A DNA stretch of 64,000 nt, from contig JACSRI010000092.1 of NCBI GenBank assembly GCA_014879845.1, forward strand, positions 44 through 64,043, written 5' to 3'. Shown one piece after another: positions 1-8,147 of the stretch (positions within the stretch are counted from its first letter, which is position 1; each line of letters begins with the position of its first letter). The notes below the pieces were generated by a model. That model searched no databases. It was not told where the DNA came from and worked only from the letters and a program-made list of their open reading frames with translations. The DNA comes from Opitutaceae bacterium (GTDB lineage Bacteria; Verrucomicrobiota; Verrucomicrobiia; Opitutales; Opitutaceae). The translations under genes were made by a program, and so were the position numbers.

Positions 1-1586
1 AACGCACTGACCTGGGAGAACGCCGCCGTGAGCGCGGGCACGTCCGGAGCCTGGCCCCAGTCGTCGTTGGACGCGACGACCTGGGCGCCGCGATAGATCG
101 AGAGCACGGGGTCGGCGAGGGGGTTGGCCACGCCAAAGCGCGACAGACCCGGGCCCACGGCGCGGATGACGAGCGTGAGCGACACGTCGCCCTCGATGAC
201 AAGGCCGGGTATCAATGTTCCGGTGACAGCGCCCACGCCGGCGCGCGTGGACATGTTGACGAGCCGCGCCGAGCCGGCGGACGCGACCGCGAGGGCGACG
301 GAGTCGCTCGTCGTCGATTGCCCCGTCGTGTTGCTCACGACCACGGCATAGTTGGCGGCATCGGAGGCCTGTACCGTCGCGATGGAGTAGGCGCTGCGGG
401 TGGCGCCAGGGATCGCGACCCCGTTCTTGTACCACTGGTAGGTCAGGCCGGTACCGTTGACCACAACACCGAAGTAGGCCCCGGAGCCGGCGAGCGACGT
501 CATCGCGGCGGGCTGGGTCAGGATCGACGGAGCGGCGGGCGCGCCCACCGTGAGAGTCGCGCCGGTGCTGGTGGCCGAGCCGGCGCTGTTCGTGGCGACG
601 CAGTCGTAGCTGCCGGCGTTGCCAGCCTGGACATTGGCGATCGTGAGGGACGAACCCGTCTGGCCGGCGAGGGCGGCGCCGCCGAACCGCCACTGGAGCG
701 TCGGCGTGGGATTGCCCGTGGCCGCGACGGTGAAGGTAACCGATCCCCCCACGGTCGTCGCCTGCGACGCGGGCTGGGTGGTGAACGCGGGGGCGGTCGC
801 CGCGGCGTTGACGGTGAGTGTGGCCGGGCTGCTCGTGGCTGAACCGGCGCTGTTGGTCGCCACGCAGTCATAGGAGCCGGCGTCGGCGGTTGTAACAGCG
901 CTCAGGGTCAACGACGTGCCGGTCCGGCCCGCGAGCGCGGTGCCGCCCTTGCGCCACTGCAGCGCGGGTGCGGGCGCCCCGGAGGCAGCCACGGTGAAGG
1001 TGACCGAGGCGCCGGCGGTGACCGTCTGCGAGGTCGGCTGGGTGGTGAAGGCTGGAGGTGTCGCAGGCGGGCCGGCGACGTTGATCGTGACGTTGTAGGC
1101 ATTCGTGCTCTTGCCGCCGCGGCTGGCCTTCTCCCATGCCTTGATCTGGACGGTGAACGTTCCCGACTCCGTCGGTGTCCCGGTGATGCTCCCGGTCGAC
1201 GCGTTGAGCGTGCGGTTCGTGCCGCTCACCGTCGCGTTCGGCACGGTGAGGCCCGCCGGCAGAGGACCGTCGATCGAGTAGCACTTCGTGGTCGAGGGCG
1301 CGCCCGTGACCGCGAAGACCATGTTGAACGGATCGTTGACGGTGGCGGCGGCCGGGCTGGCGGGATTGGAGGTGAACTGCGTGGCTCCCGTGACCGTGTT
1401 GACCGCGCCGGCTGCGAGCGCGACAGGCACGAGCGCGCGGAGCATCTCACCGAGGCGGGAACCGGCGGCAAACTCCGCCGAGACCAGCACGCGCAGCACG
1501 GGCGTGCGGCTGAGCAGGAGGACGAGCATCGAGGTCAGCCATGTGATCCTGGCTGAGCGGATACGCCAGAGGACGAGTGTGTTCAT
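1..1586 (-). CDS. Secreted surface protein with tandem immunoglobulin-like repeats (partial; C-terminus lies beyond the window start)
   Basis: Not in the ORF track because no stop lies in the window. My manual minus-strand translation from ATG 1586-1584 reads MNTLVLWRIRSARITWLTSMLVLLLSRTPVLRVLV... The same frame is still open at position 1 (...LADPVLSIYRGAQVVASNDDWGQAPDVPALTAAFSQVSA). Segment 951-1079, checked by hand, reads VAGPPATPPAFTTQPTSQTVTAGASVTFTVAASGAPAPALQWR, an Ig/I-set-like module. Antisense track ORFs 619-873 and 916-1098 repeat one another's peptide, which indicates roughly 285-nt tandem modules. No listed minus ORF occupies this frame. Confidence 0.7.
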   Translation of the reverse strand, partial: MNTLVLWRIRSARITWLTSMLVLLLSRTPVLRVLVSAEFAAGSRLGEMLRALVPVALAAGAVNTVTGATQFTSNPASPAAATVNDPFNMVFAVTGAPSTTKCYSIDGPLPAGLTVPNATVSGTNRTLNASTGSITGTPTESGTFTVQIKAWEKASRGGKSTNAYNVTINVAGPPATPPAFTTQPTSQTVTAGASVTFTVAASGAPAPALQWRKGGTALAGRTGTSLTLSAVTTADAGSYDCVATNSAGSATSSPATLTVNAAATAPAFTTQPASQATTVGGSVTFTVAATGNPTPTLQWRFGGAALAGQTGSSLTIANVQAGNAGSYDCVATNSAGSATSTGATLTVGAPAAPSILTQPAAMTSLAGSGAYFGVVVNGTGLTYQWYKNGVAIPGATRSAYSIATVQASDAANYAVVVSNTTGQSTTSDSVALAVASAGSARLVNMSTRAGVGAVTGTLIPGLVIEGDVSLTLVIRAVGPGLSRFGVANPLADPVLSIYRGAQVVASNDDWGQAPDVPALTAAFSQVSA

Positions 1587-1623
1587 GGGCGAGGATGGAA
1601 TGGTGGAAAGGGTGTGCGCGGGG

Positions 1624-1854
1624 TCAGTTGCAGCCGCAGCCGCCTCCTCCCACACCGCGTCCGCCCGAGGAAGCCTCGCGCGAGAAGTAGATGTGTTCGG
1701 TCATGGAGGCCTGGAGCGGGTCGCGGTCGGGCCGCATGGTGGCATCGGCGAGGTTGCCTCGCTCCCATGGCTGCACGGTCGTGCAACCGGTGAGGGCGAG
1801 CCCTACGGCGAACACGGCCAGGATGGCCGCGATGGTGGCGCGTCGTCGGTGCAT
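1624..1854 (-). CDS. DUF4266-type small lipoprotein
   Basis: Last 76 codons of track ORF 1624-2178, from the internal ATG at 1854: MHRRRATIAAILAVFAVGLALTGCTTVQPWERG...SSGGRGVGGGGCGCN. It has a lipobox (LTGC) and the Gly/Cys tail typical of DUF4266. The ATG overlaps the upstream stop (TGATG). Confidence 0.8.
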   Translation of the reverse strand: MHRRRATIAAILAVFAVGLALTGCTTVQPWERGNLADATMRPDRDPLQASMTEHIYFSREASSGGRGVGGGGCGCN

Positions 1855-2372
1855 CACGGGGTCTCCTGCAGGAGTTGGTCGATCTGCTCGACGTAGCGGC
1901 GGCGCGTCTCCTCGCCGTGGAAACCGGAGTGCGCGAACCGGACGATCCACTTCGCATCGACGACAAACGACGTGGGCATGGTCGGCACCTTCACCCGGGC
2001 GACGAGTTTCGCACCGGCATCGCGGACCACGGTGAAGCCCACCGGCTGCTTCTTCAGGAACGCGGCCATCTGCTTGTCGTTTTGGTCGACGTTGACTGCG
2101 ATGACATACACGCCTTTCCCGGCGTAGTCCTTCTGCAGCTGGTCGTAGACGGGAAACGACGCCTTGCACGGCGCGCACCAGGAGGCCCAGAAGTCGACGA
2201 TCACGACCTTCGCGCCCGCGAGGTCGGGCAGCGTGCCCTCGAGAGCGAACTCCGTGAGCGCGGGAAACGGCTGTCCGGCCGCCAGCGCGTCGGCGGCGCG
2301 TGCGGATGGCGCGGCGGTCGCGAGGACGAAGCCGAGGGTGAGGATGAAGAGCGGATGGACGGGGCGTTTCAT
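1854..2372 (-). CDS. TlpA/ResA-like periplasmic thiol:disulfide oxidoreductase (thioredoxin fold)
   Basis: 172 aa. Signal peptide MKRPVHPLFILTLGFVLATAAPSARA, a WCAPC active site (DFWASWCAPCKASFP), and VYVIAVNVD as in the TlpA family. Confidence 0.9.
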   Translation of the reverse strand: MKRPVHPLFILTLGFVLATAAPSARAADALAAGQPFPALTEFALEGTLPDLAGAKVVIVDFWASWCAPCKASFPVYDQLQKDYAGKGVYVIAVNVDQNDKQMAAFLKKQPVGFTVVRDAGAKLVARVKVPTMPTSFVVDAKWIVRFAHSGFHGEETRRRYVEQIDQLLQETP

Positions 2373-2394
2373 GGGAATGCGGAGGGTGGAGGGA

Positions 2395-3630
2395 TCAGAA
2401 GGAGAGACTCATGCCGGCGGTCAGGATGTCCGCGGTGACGTAGGCGCTGTCGGGCGTCGCGTCATCGCGCCCGCGCATGTCGTAGCGTTCGTAGGTCGCG
2501 TCGAGCGTCCACCGGTCGTTGAACCGCCAGATCGCCTTGAGGCCGATCGTCACGGCGTCGAACTTCGAGAGCCGGTAGTCCGAGGAGTAGTGCGGCGCGG
2601 AGCCGTCGGGCTCGTCGACCGGAACGATGGGGGTGTCGTCGAGGTTGACGTAATAGTAGTCGGCCTGGCTCTGCGTGTAGTAGCGCAGGATCGGGCTGAG
2701 GACGAGGTGATCGCCGACCTTTTGCAGCCACGCGGCCTCGACCGTGGCGCTGCCGATCCCATGCGAGTCCGTGTAGTAGCGGAACGAGGTGTCGAGGCTG
2801 GCGCGGAGATTCTCGAAGTGGTGCGCGACCTGGGTGAACACGATCGTCTTCTCGCGGGACGACGGGCGGTTCTCGGGAAACGTCAGGGGCAGCGGGAACC
2901 CGGGCAGGATCTCGACCGTCTTCTGCACGATCTTGTAGGGATCCGAGAGGAATCCGTCCGACGTGCCATAGCTGAGATTGACGGTGAGGACCGTGTTGCG
3001 ATCGAGGAGCTGGACCAGGCCGACGAGGAAGTCGCGTGAGGCCTTCTTGCGGGCCTCGGTGAAGAACACCGGCTGGATGCTGTCGTCGTTGTAGGCGAAC
3101 CCGAGCTGCAGCTGGGTGTTCTTCTGGTTGAAGTCGCGTATCCAGGTGGCCGCGTAGCCGTCGGAGACGTAGTCGTCCTCCTTGCTGTGCGCGTACTCGA
3201 GCTGCACGGTGTTGCCGCCGAAGGCGCGCGAGGCGTCGACCACCACGGCACGGCGCTCGTCTTCGAGGTGGGCGAGCGGCACCTGGTCGGAACCGGCGGG
3301 CGCGGGCTCGCCCGTGGGCGTGGCGCCGGTGATCGTGTCGATCACGCCGCGCACGCTCAGGTGCGCGGCCTTGCCGAGGTCGAAGGCGGCGCGCACGTTG
3401 TGGTTGGTCACCTTGATGCGGTCGTCGGCCTCCTGGTATATCTCGTATTTATAGGCCAACGACGCGCCGCCCTCCTGGCCCGCGAGGCGGGGCAGGGAGA
3501 GGCCGAGCGCGGCGGCGAACACCGCGGGCCTGGCGGCGCCGCCGCGCGGCTGCGGGCGGACACCGGCGGCGTGGGATGGTGGGGAGCCGGGGGTGGACCG
3601 CCGGCGACGCTGCAGGATCAAGGAGGGCAT
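2395..3630 (-). CDS. DUF3570 family protein (predicted outer-membrane beta-barrel)
   Basis: 411 aa. After a signal-like region it reads SLAYKYEIYQEADDRIKV..., then an alternating beta-strand pattern to a C-terminal ...AGMSLSF aromatic end. The DUF3570 / thioredoxin / DUF4266 gene order is a recurrent conserved trio. The start codon is uncertain. Confidence 0.75.
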   Translation of the reverse strand: MPSLILQRRRRSTPGSPPSHAAGVRPQPRGGAARPAVFAAALGLSLPRLAGQEGGASLAYKYEIYQEADDRIKVTNHNVRAAFDLGKAAHLSVRGVIDTITGATPTGEPAPAGSDQVPLAHLEDERRAVVVDASRAFGGNTVQLEYAHSKEDDYVSDGYAATWIRDFNQKNTQLQLGFAYNDDSIQPVFFTEARKKASRDFLVGLVQLLDRNTVLTVNLSYGTSDGFLSDPYKIVQKTVEILPGFPLPLTFPENRPSSREKTIVFTQVAHHFENLRASLDTSFRYYTDSHGIGSATVEAAWLQKVGDHLVLSPILRYYTQSQADYYYVNLDDTPIVPVDEPDGSAPHYSSDYRLSKFDAVTIGLKAIWRFNDRWTLDATYERYDMRGRDDATPDSAYVTADILTAGMSLSF

Positions 3631-4006
3631 GGGCGCGGGAATGCGGGTGAGGGACGGATCAAACGGGAGCCGGCTGAAATCGCACGCGCGCGGCCGGCGG
3701 GGCGGCGGCGCGACGCGCGCCGGATTTGACGAATTTCTTCCGGGTGCGCCATCCTGCGTAGAATCACGCAGGCTGCGTGCAGGCGTGGACCGTCCGTGGG
3801 TGAAAAGGTGCGGCGCGGGGCGAAGACTTCAGCACGTGTGGTTGACTCGAGCGCATGGCATAAGGCCGGCTTCTTTGCCGCGTTTCGCTCGCGGATCATA
3901 CACGCCACGAGCGGCGACTCCGCATCATGGATACAGTTTCTTAACAAAGGCCTACGCCGTCCGCGGGAAGATTCCGGAGGGATGTCGTCGCGCAGGGCGG
4001 CTGGGC

Positions 4007-4492
4007 TCATGCCGGGTCTGCGGGACCGGCGTCGTCGGTGGCGGGCGCGGCCTCGCCGTCGGGCGTCCGCCCGGCGAGCGGTCGTCGTGCCGCGAGTGCG
4101 GCGGTCGAGGGCGACTGCCGCAGCATGCGCCAGATCGAGACCTTCGAGCAGGTGATGCCGAAGACGCGCTGCACGACCTCGTGCACACGGGCGAGTGTCC
4201 AGCGGTCGTCCTCGAAGCCGCTCTTGCGGGGGCCGGCACGCACGATCGTGCGGAGCCGGCGTCGCTGGTCGGCGTTGAGCAATGGCTCGCGACCGGGCAG
4301 GCCGCGGCTGCGCAATCCGTCGAGGCCCCGGGCGTCGAGCGCCTGCCGCCATTTAGAGGCGGTGCGCCAGGTCACGTCGAACGCGCGCGCCACGTCGACC
4401 GTGCGCGCACCCTCGGCAAACATCTGCGCAGCCTGCAGGCGGCGTTGTTCGAGACGGATGATGCGGGCTGACCGCTTTCGACCGGAACTCAT
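4007..4492 (-). CDS. IS630-family transposase N-terminal HTH / winged-helix ORF (DDE half missing; probable remnant)
   Basis: From the internal ATG 4492 of track ORF 4007-4693: MSSGRKRSARIIRLEQRRLQAAQMFAEGARTVDVARAFDVTWRTASKWRQAL...LLNADQRRRLRTIVRAGPRKSGFEDDRWTLARVHEVVQRVFGITCSKVSIWRMLRQ. This matches the DNA-binding half of IS630-type transposases. It then decays into a low-complexity tail, and no DDE domain follows in any frame. Confidence 0.5.
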   Translation of the reverse strand: MSSGRKRSARIIRLEQRRLQAAQMFAEGARTVDVARAFDVTWRTASKWRQALDARGLDGLRSRGLPGREPLLNADQRRRLRTIVRAGPRKSGFEDDRWTLARVHEVVQRVFGITCSKVSIWRMLRQSPSTAALAARRPLAGRTPDGEAAPATDDAGPADPA

Positions 4493-4625
4493 GCCTGCGT
4501 CCACCGCGGCCGGGCGCGGACAGTCCCGCCCGCGGAGACGGGCACGACTTGAGCACCGCACCAGAAGGCACGCCGTGGCATGCCCCAGATCTATCAAGCC
4601 GAGGTGAACGGTTCCTGAACGACCG

Positions 4626-4641
4626 ATGAAGAATTCTTCAT
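4626..4641. repeat. Perfect 16-bp AT-rich palindrome ATGAAGAATTCTTCAT overlapping the PAP2 stop codon
   Basis: Read directly from the sequence. It is flanked by the partially complementary GACCG / GTGGTC. It lies between the PAP2 gene end (stop 4638-4640) and the IS630-like ORF. Confidence 0.6.
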
Positions 4642-5411
4642 GTGGTCGGCCGGATTGTGCTGTCGGTCGCGTGGGCGAGCGGAGGGAATCCACGCGCGAG
4701 GATCGCGGTGACGAGGCAGGCGATCAGCATCGTGACAAGCGTGTGGCTGAGAAAGTGCGCGCCCTTGAGCATCTGGTAGCCTCCCATCGCCCAGCCGGCG
4801 GCGAGGCCGATCGCGAGGCCGAGTCGCGCATGGCGGCGCGTTGGCCCGAGCAGGGCCAGGCCCACGAGGGCGAAGCCACCACTGGCGTGGCCGGCCGGCC
4901 AGCAGCGCCCGCGGCGTGCGGCGGACTCCTCCGGCGGACGCGACGAGAAGGGGCGGCGCCATTCCTGCGTGCCACCGTAGCGCGCCAACTGTGCGGGGCA
5001 GAAGACATCGGAGCGCGCCTTGAGGAAACCCACGAACGCCGGCACCACCGCCATCACGGCCACGGCCGCCACGAGGCGCATGCGCTGCCAGCCGAGCCGG
5101 GTGCGCCAGCGTTCGGGACCGGCGGCCAGGACGATGAGCGTGGCACCGAGCGCGATGATCAGCACCTTCGGGCCATCGTAGAAGAGCAGACGCGGCACCG
5201 GGGCGAGGGCGTCGACGCGCCACGTTTGTGTCGTTGCCTCGAAGAACCGGTCCTGCACGGCGAAGTCCAGCGGCGTGGCTTCGCCGAGGGCAATCACGGC
5301 GACGAGCAGCGCGAGAAAGATCCAGATGCGCGACTCAGCGGGGTGCCGGCAGCGCGCGGTAGCGCCCGGCTTTGTAGAGTTCGCTGGCGGTCTGGTAGTA
5401 GGCGATGGCAT
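4638..5411 (-). CDS. PAP2-family (acid phosphatase / lipid phosphate phosphatase) membrane protein
   Basis: 257 aa with multiple TM helices. PAP2 motifs: CWPAGHASGGF and KGAHFLSHT. ATG 5411 is the only canonical in-frame start upstream of the first TM (RIWIFLALLVAV). This gives a 77-nt out-of-frame overlap with the upstream gene. Confidence 0.8.
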   Translation of the reverse strand: MPSPTTRPPANSTKPGATARCRHPAESRIWIFLALLVAVIALGEATPLDFAVQDRFFEATTQTWRVDALAPVPRLLFYDGPKVLIIALGATLIVLAAGPERWRTRLGWQRMRLVAAVAVMAVVPAFVGFLKARSDVFCPAQLARYGGTQEWRRPFSSRPPEESAARRGRCWPAGHASGGFALVGLALLGPTRRHARLGLAIGLAAGWAMGGYQMLKGAHFLSHTLVTMLIACLVTAILARGFPPLAHATDSTIRPTT

Positions 5412-7341
5412 CGTTCTCGAGCGCCTCGTCGGCTTGGCGCGGGTGGAGCAGGTCGTCGGAGGCGGAATAGTAAAATGTCTCGAAGGCGCGGGGCGGACTC
5501 AGCACGCCAAGTTCGCCGCCGCGGAGCAATCCGAGTTTCTGATAGGTGGCGAGGAGGGCTCGGCCGGGCCGGGCGGGATCGAGCCGGAGCACGTCCGAAC
5601 CGAAGAAGCGGCTCTCGTAGCTCCAGCCCAGCAGGCCGAGCAACGTGGGTGCGTAGTCGATCTGGCTGGCCAGCGTGGCCACGGCCCCGGGTTTCACCTG
5701 GCCGCCGGGGGCGAAGATGATGAGCGGGATGTGGTAGTTCTCGACCGGGAGGGAGGCTTTGCCCGCGCTGGAGGCGCAGTGGTCGGCGACGATGACGAAG
5801 ACCGTGTTCTTGTACCACGGCTTGGTGGCGGCGGCGCGCAGGAACTCGCCGATCGCGTGATCGGTGTATTTCACGCCGCCCTTGCGGCCCGCCTCCTTCG
5901 ACGGCAGGTCGATGCGACCGTCGGGAAAGGTGTAGGGCCGGTGGTTGGACGTCGTCATGACGAAGTGGAAGAACGGCTTGCCTGCGGCGAAATCGCGGTC
6001 GGCCTCGCGCAGTGTCCAGCGCAGGAGGTCCTCGTCGCATGCGCCCCAGACGTTGGCGAAGGTGATGTCGTCGCGGCCGACCATGGTGCGGTCGACGACC
6101 CGGTAGCCGTTCGCGCCGAAGAAGTGGTTCATGTTGTCGAAGTAACCGTAGCCGCCGTAGATGAACGCGGTCTGGTAGTCGCGGGTGCGCAGCACGGAGC
6201 CGAGGGTGAAGAGGTCCTCGTTGTGCGGGCGCTTCACCAGCGAGCGTCCGGGCGTGGGCGGGATGGAAAGGGTGAGCGACTCCATGCCGCGGTCGGTGCG
6301 GTTGCCCGTGGCGTAGAACTGGTCGAAGACCAGGGACTGCGGGATGAGCGCGTCGAGGTTGGGCGTGAGGCCGTCGGGGCTGCCGTACCGCGTGAGAAAA
6401 CGCGCGCTCAGGCTCTCGACCGTGATCTGGATGATGTTCGGGTGGATCTCCGGCCCGGGGCTCGTGACCTGGCGCAGGGTGTCGGGCGCGCCCGTGGCGC
6501 GCGTGACCGAGCCGTCGCGTGTCAGCATTTCGTTGATACGGCGGAACGCCGCTGCCGAGGGCATGGCGGCGTAGAAGCGGTCGAAGTCGAGCTGGTTCGC
6601 GTGGAACGCCGCGAAGAGCGACCACGGGCCGTTCTGGGCGATCTCGCGGTTGTAGTTGTTGGCAAACTCCGGGAGCTGCTCCAGGCGCAGCCCGAGCGCG
6701 GGCGCGAGGCAGAGCGCCGCTGCAGCCAGGGCGGCGCGCCACCGCCGCCGAGCCGGCGCGGCGGCGTGGTCGAGCCAGTGCCGCACCAGCCCCTGTCGGA
6801 CGGTCCAGAGGTGGAGCGCGACGGTGACCACCGCGACGCCGCCGAGGATGAGCGGCATCGGGTAGGACTCGCGGATGTTGCCGAGGACCTCGGTGGTGTA
6901 GACGAGGTAGTCGACGGCGATGAAGTTGAACCGCGCGCCGAATTCGTCCCAGAAGAACCACTCCGCCACCGAGCCGAACACGGCGATCCCGGCCAGCACC
7001 ACCATGGCCGTGTGGATGGCCGCGCGGCCGGATCGAGCCGCAAACACGCGGTTCGGCAACGCGGCGAGGATGAGGATGAGGGGCAGCGCGAGCCAGGCGG
7101 CGGCGCCAAGGTCGAAGAGCAGACCCCAGCCCAGGGAGGCAAGCAGGCTGGCGCTCCAGTCGAGCAGGTCGAAGGAGCGGCACATCAGCGCGAGTCGCGT
7201 CGCCGTCGAGATCGTGACGAACAGGGCCGCCATCAGCACGACGCCGCCGAAGCGGTGGGCCAGCCAGCGGCGCGGCCGCGCGACTTCGGATCGCTTCGTC
7301 ACCGCGGCGGGGGAAATATCGGTCAGGAGAGTGTCATCCAC
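5335..7341 (-). CDS. LTA synthase / sulfatase-family membrane enzyme (phosphoglycerol- or phosphoethanolamine-transferase-like)
   Basis: 668 aa. The N-terminus has about 5 TM helices. The C-terminal alkaline-phosphatase-superfamily domain shows ...TGNRTDRGMESL..., VMTTSNHRPYTFP and VIVADHCASSAGK...YHIPLIIFAPG. Confidence 0.85.
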   Translation of the reverse strand: MDDTLLTDISPAAVTKRSEVARPRRWLAHRFGGVVLMAALFVTISTATRLALMCRSFDLLDWSASLLASLGWGLLFDLGAAAWLALPLILILAALPNRVFAARSGRAAIHTAMVVLAGIAVFGSVAEWFFWDEFGARFNFIAVDYLVYTTEVLGNIRESYPMPLILGGVAVVTVALHLWTVRQGLVRHWLDHAAAPARRRWRAALAAAALCLAPALGLRLEQLPEFANNYNREIAQNGPWSLFAAFHANQLDFDRFYAAMPSAAAFRRINEMLTRDGSVTRATGAPDTLRQVTSPGPEIHPNIIQITVESLSARFLTRYGSPDGLTPNLDALIPQSLVFDQFYATGNRTDRGMESLTLSIPPTPGRSLVKRPHNEDLFTLGSVLRTRDYQTAFIYGGYGYFDNMNHFFGANGYRVVDRTMVGRDDITFANVWGACDEDLLRWTLREADRDFAAGKPFFHFVMTTSNHRPYTFPDGRIDLPSKEAGRKGGVKYTDHAIGEFLRAAATKPWYKNTVFVIVADHCASSAGKASLPVENYHIPLIIFAPGGQVKPGAVATLASQIDYAPTLLGLLGWSYESRFFGSDVLRLDPARPGRALLATYQKLGLLRGGELGVLSPPRAFETFYYSASDDLLHPRQADEALENDAIAYYQTASELYKAGRYRALPAPR

Positions 7342-7469
7342 GCGCGGTCTGACACGGAAGGATGCCGGTTGTTAGAAAGATGACGGCGTTGTCATCCGGG
7401 ATTCATCCGGGCGCCATCTGGCGGCAGAAATCGGCTCGTGGCGGCCGCAGGGCCCGCTACCCTCGCGCC

Positions 7470-8147
7470 ATGGTCGTGCTTGTCGTCGACGACGAGAAGA
7501 AGGTGGCGGGCCTGGTGCGCTCCGGGCTGGAGGAGCAGGGATGGACGGTCGAGGTCGCGCATGACGGCAACGACGCGCTGACCCTCGCCGGCTCGCGGCA
7601 TTTCGACGCCCTGGTGCTCGACATCATGCTGCCCGGACGCGACGGGCTGAGCGTGCTGCGCAGACTGCGCGAGGAAAAGAACACGGTCCCGGTCGTCCTC
7701 CTCACCGCGCGGGGCGACGTGCGCGAGCGCGTCGAGGGCCTCGAGCTCGGCGCCGACGACTACCTGCCCAAGCCCTTCTCCATGCTCGAGCTTGTGGCAC
7801 GGCTCAAGGCCGTGTGGCGCCGGCGCACCGGCGACGGGCTCAATGTGCTCTCCTACGCCGATCTCGTCGTCAACCTGCACACGCGCGCGGTCCGTCGCGG
7901 CGACCGTGCGATCGAGCTGACGGCGCGCGAGTTCTCCCTGCTCGAGTGCCTGCTGCGCACGCCGGGCCGGGTCGTGACCCGCACGCAACTCTACGAGTCG
8001 GTGTGGGGTTACAACTTCGATCCCGAGACCAACATCGTCGACGTCGCCATTCAGCGACTACGACGCAAGATCGACGATGACTCCGGCCCGCGCCTGATCC
8101 AGACCGTCCGCGGCGTCGGCTATGCCCTGCAGACGGAGGGCCGATGA
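7470..8147 (+). CDS. OmpR/PhoB-family response regulator
   Basis: From the internal ATG 7470 of track ORF 7362-8147: MVVLVVDDEKKVAGLV...LVLDIMLPGRDGLSVL...DDYLPKPFSMLELVARL, followed by a winged-helix domain ...LTAREFSLLECLLR...VRGVGYAL. Confidence 0.9.
   Translation: MVVLVVDDEKKVAGLVRSGLEEQGWTVEVAHDGNDALTLAGSRHFDALVLDIMLPGRDGLSVLRRLREEKNTVPVVLLTARGDVRERVEGLELGADDYLPKPFSMLELVARLKAVWRRRTGDGLNVLSYADLVVNLHTRAVRRGDRAIELTAREFSLLECLLRTPGRVVTRTQLYESVWGYNFDPETNIVDVAIQRLRRKIDDDSGPRLIQTVRGVGYALQTEGR

Noticed and set aside
3796-4155. A 119-aa plus ORF in the gap between DUF3570 and the IS630-like ORF.
   Set aside because: It has poor composition, overlaps the 3' end of the IS630-like ORF in antisense, and has no motif. 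I left the region as non-coding or IS remnant.
5275-7383. A 702-aa plus ORF, and a 629-aa minus ORF (5294-7183), overlapping the LTA-synthase gene.
   Set aside because: These are alternative-frame or antisense shadows. Only the 5335-7341 minus frame shows TM helices and sulfatase-family motifs.
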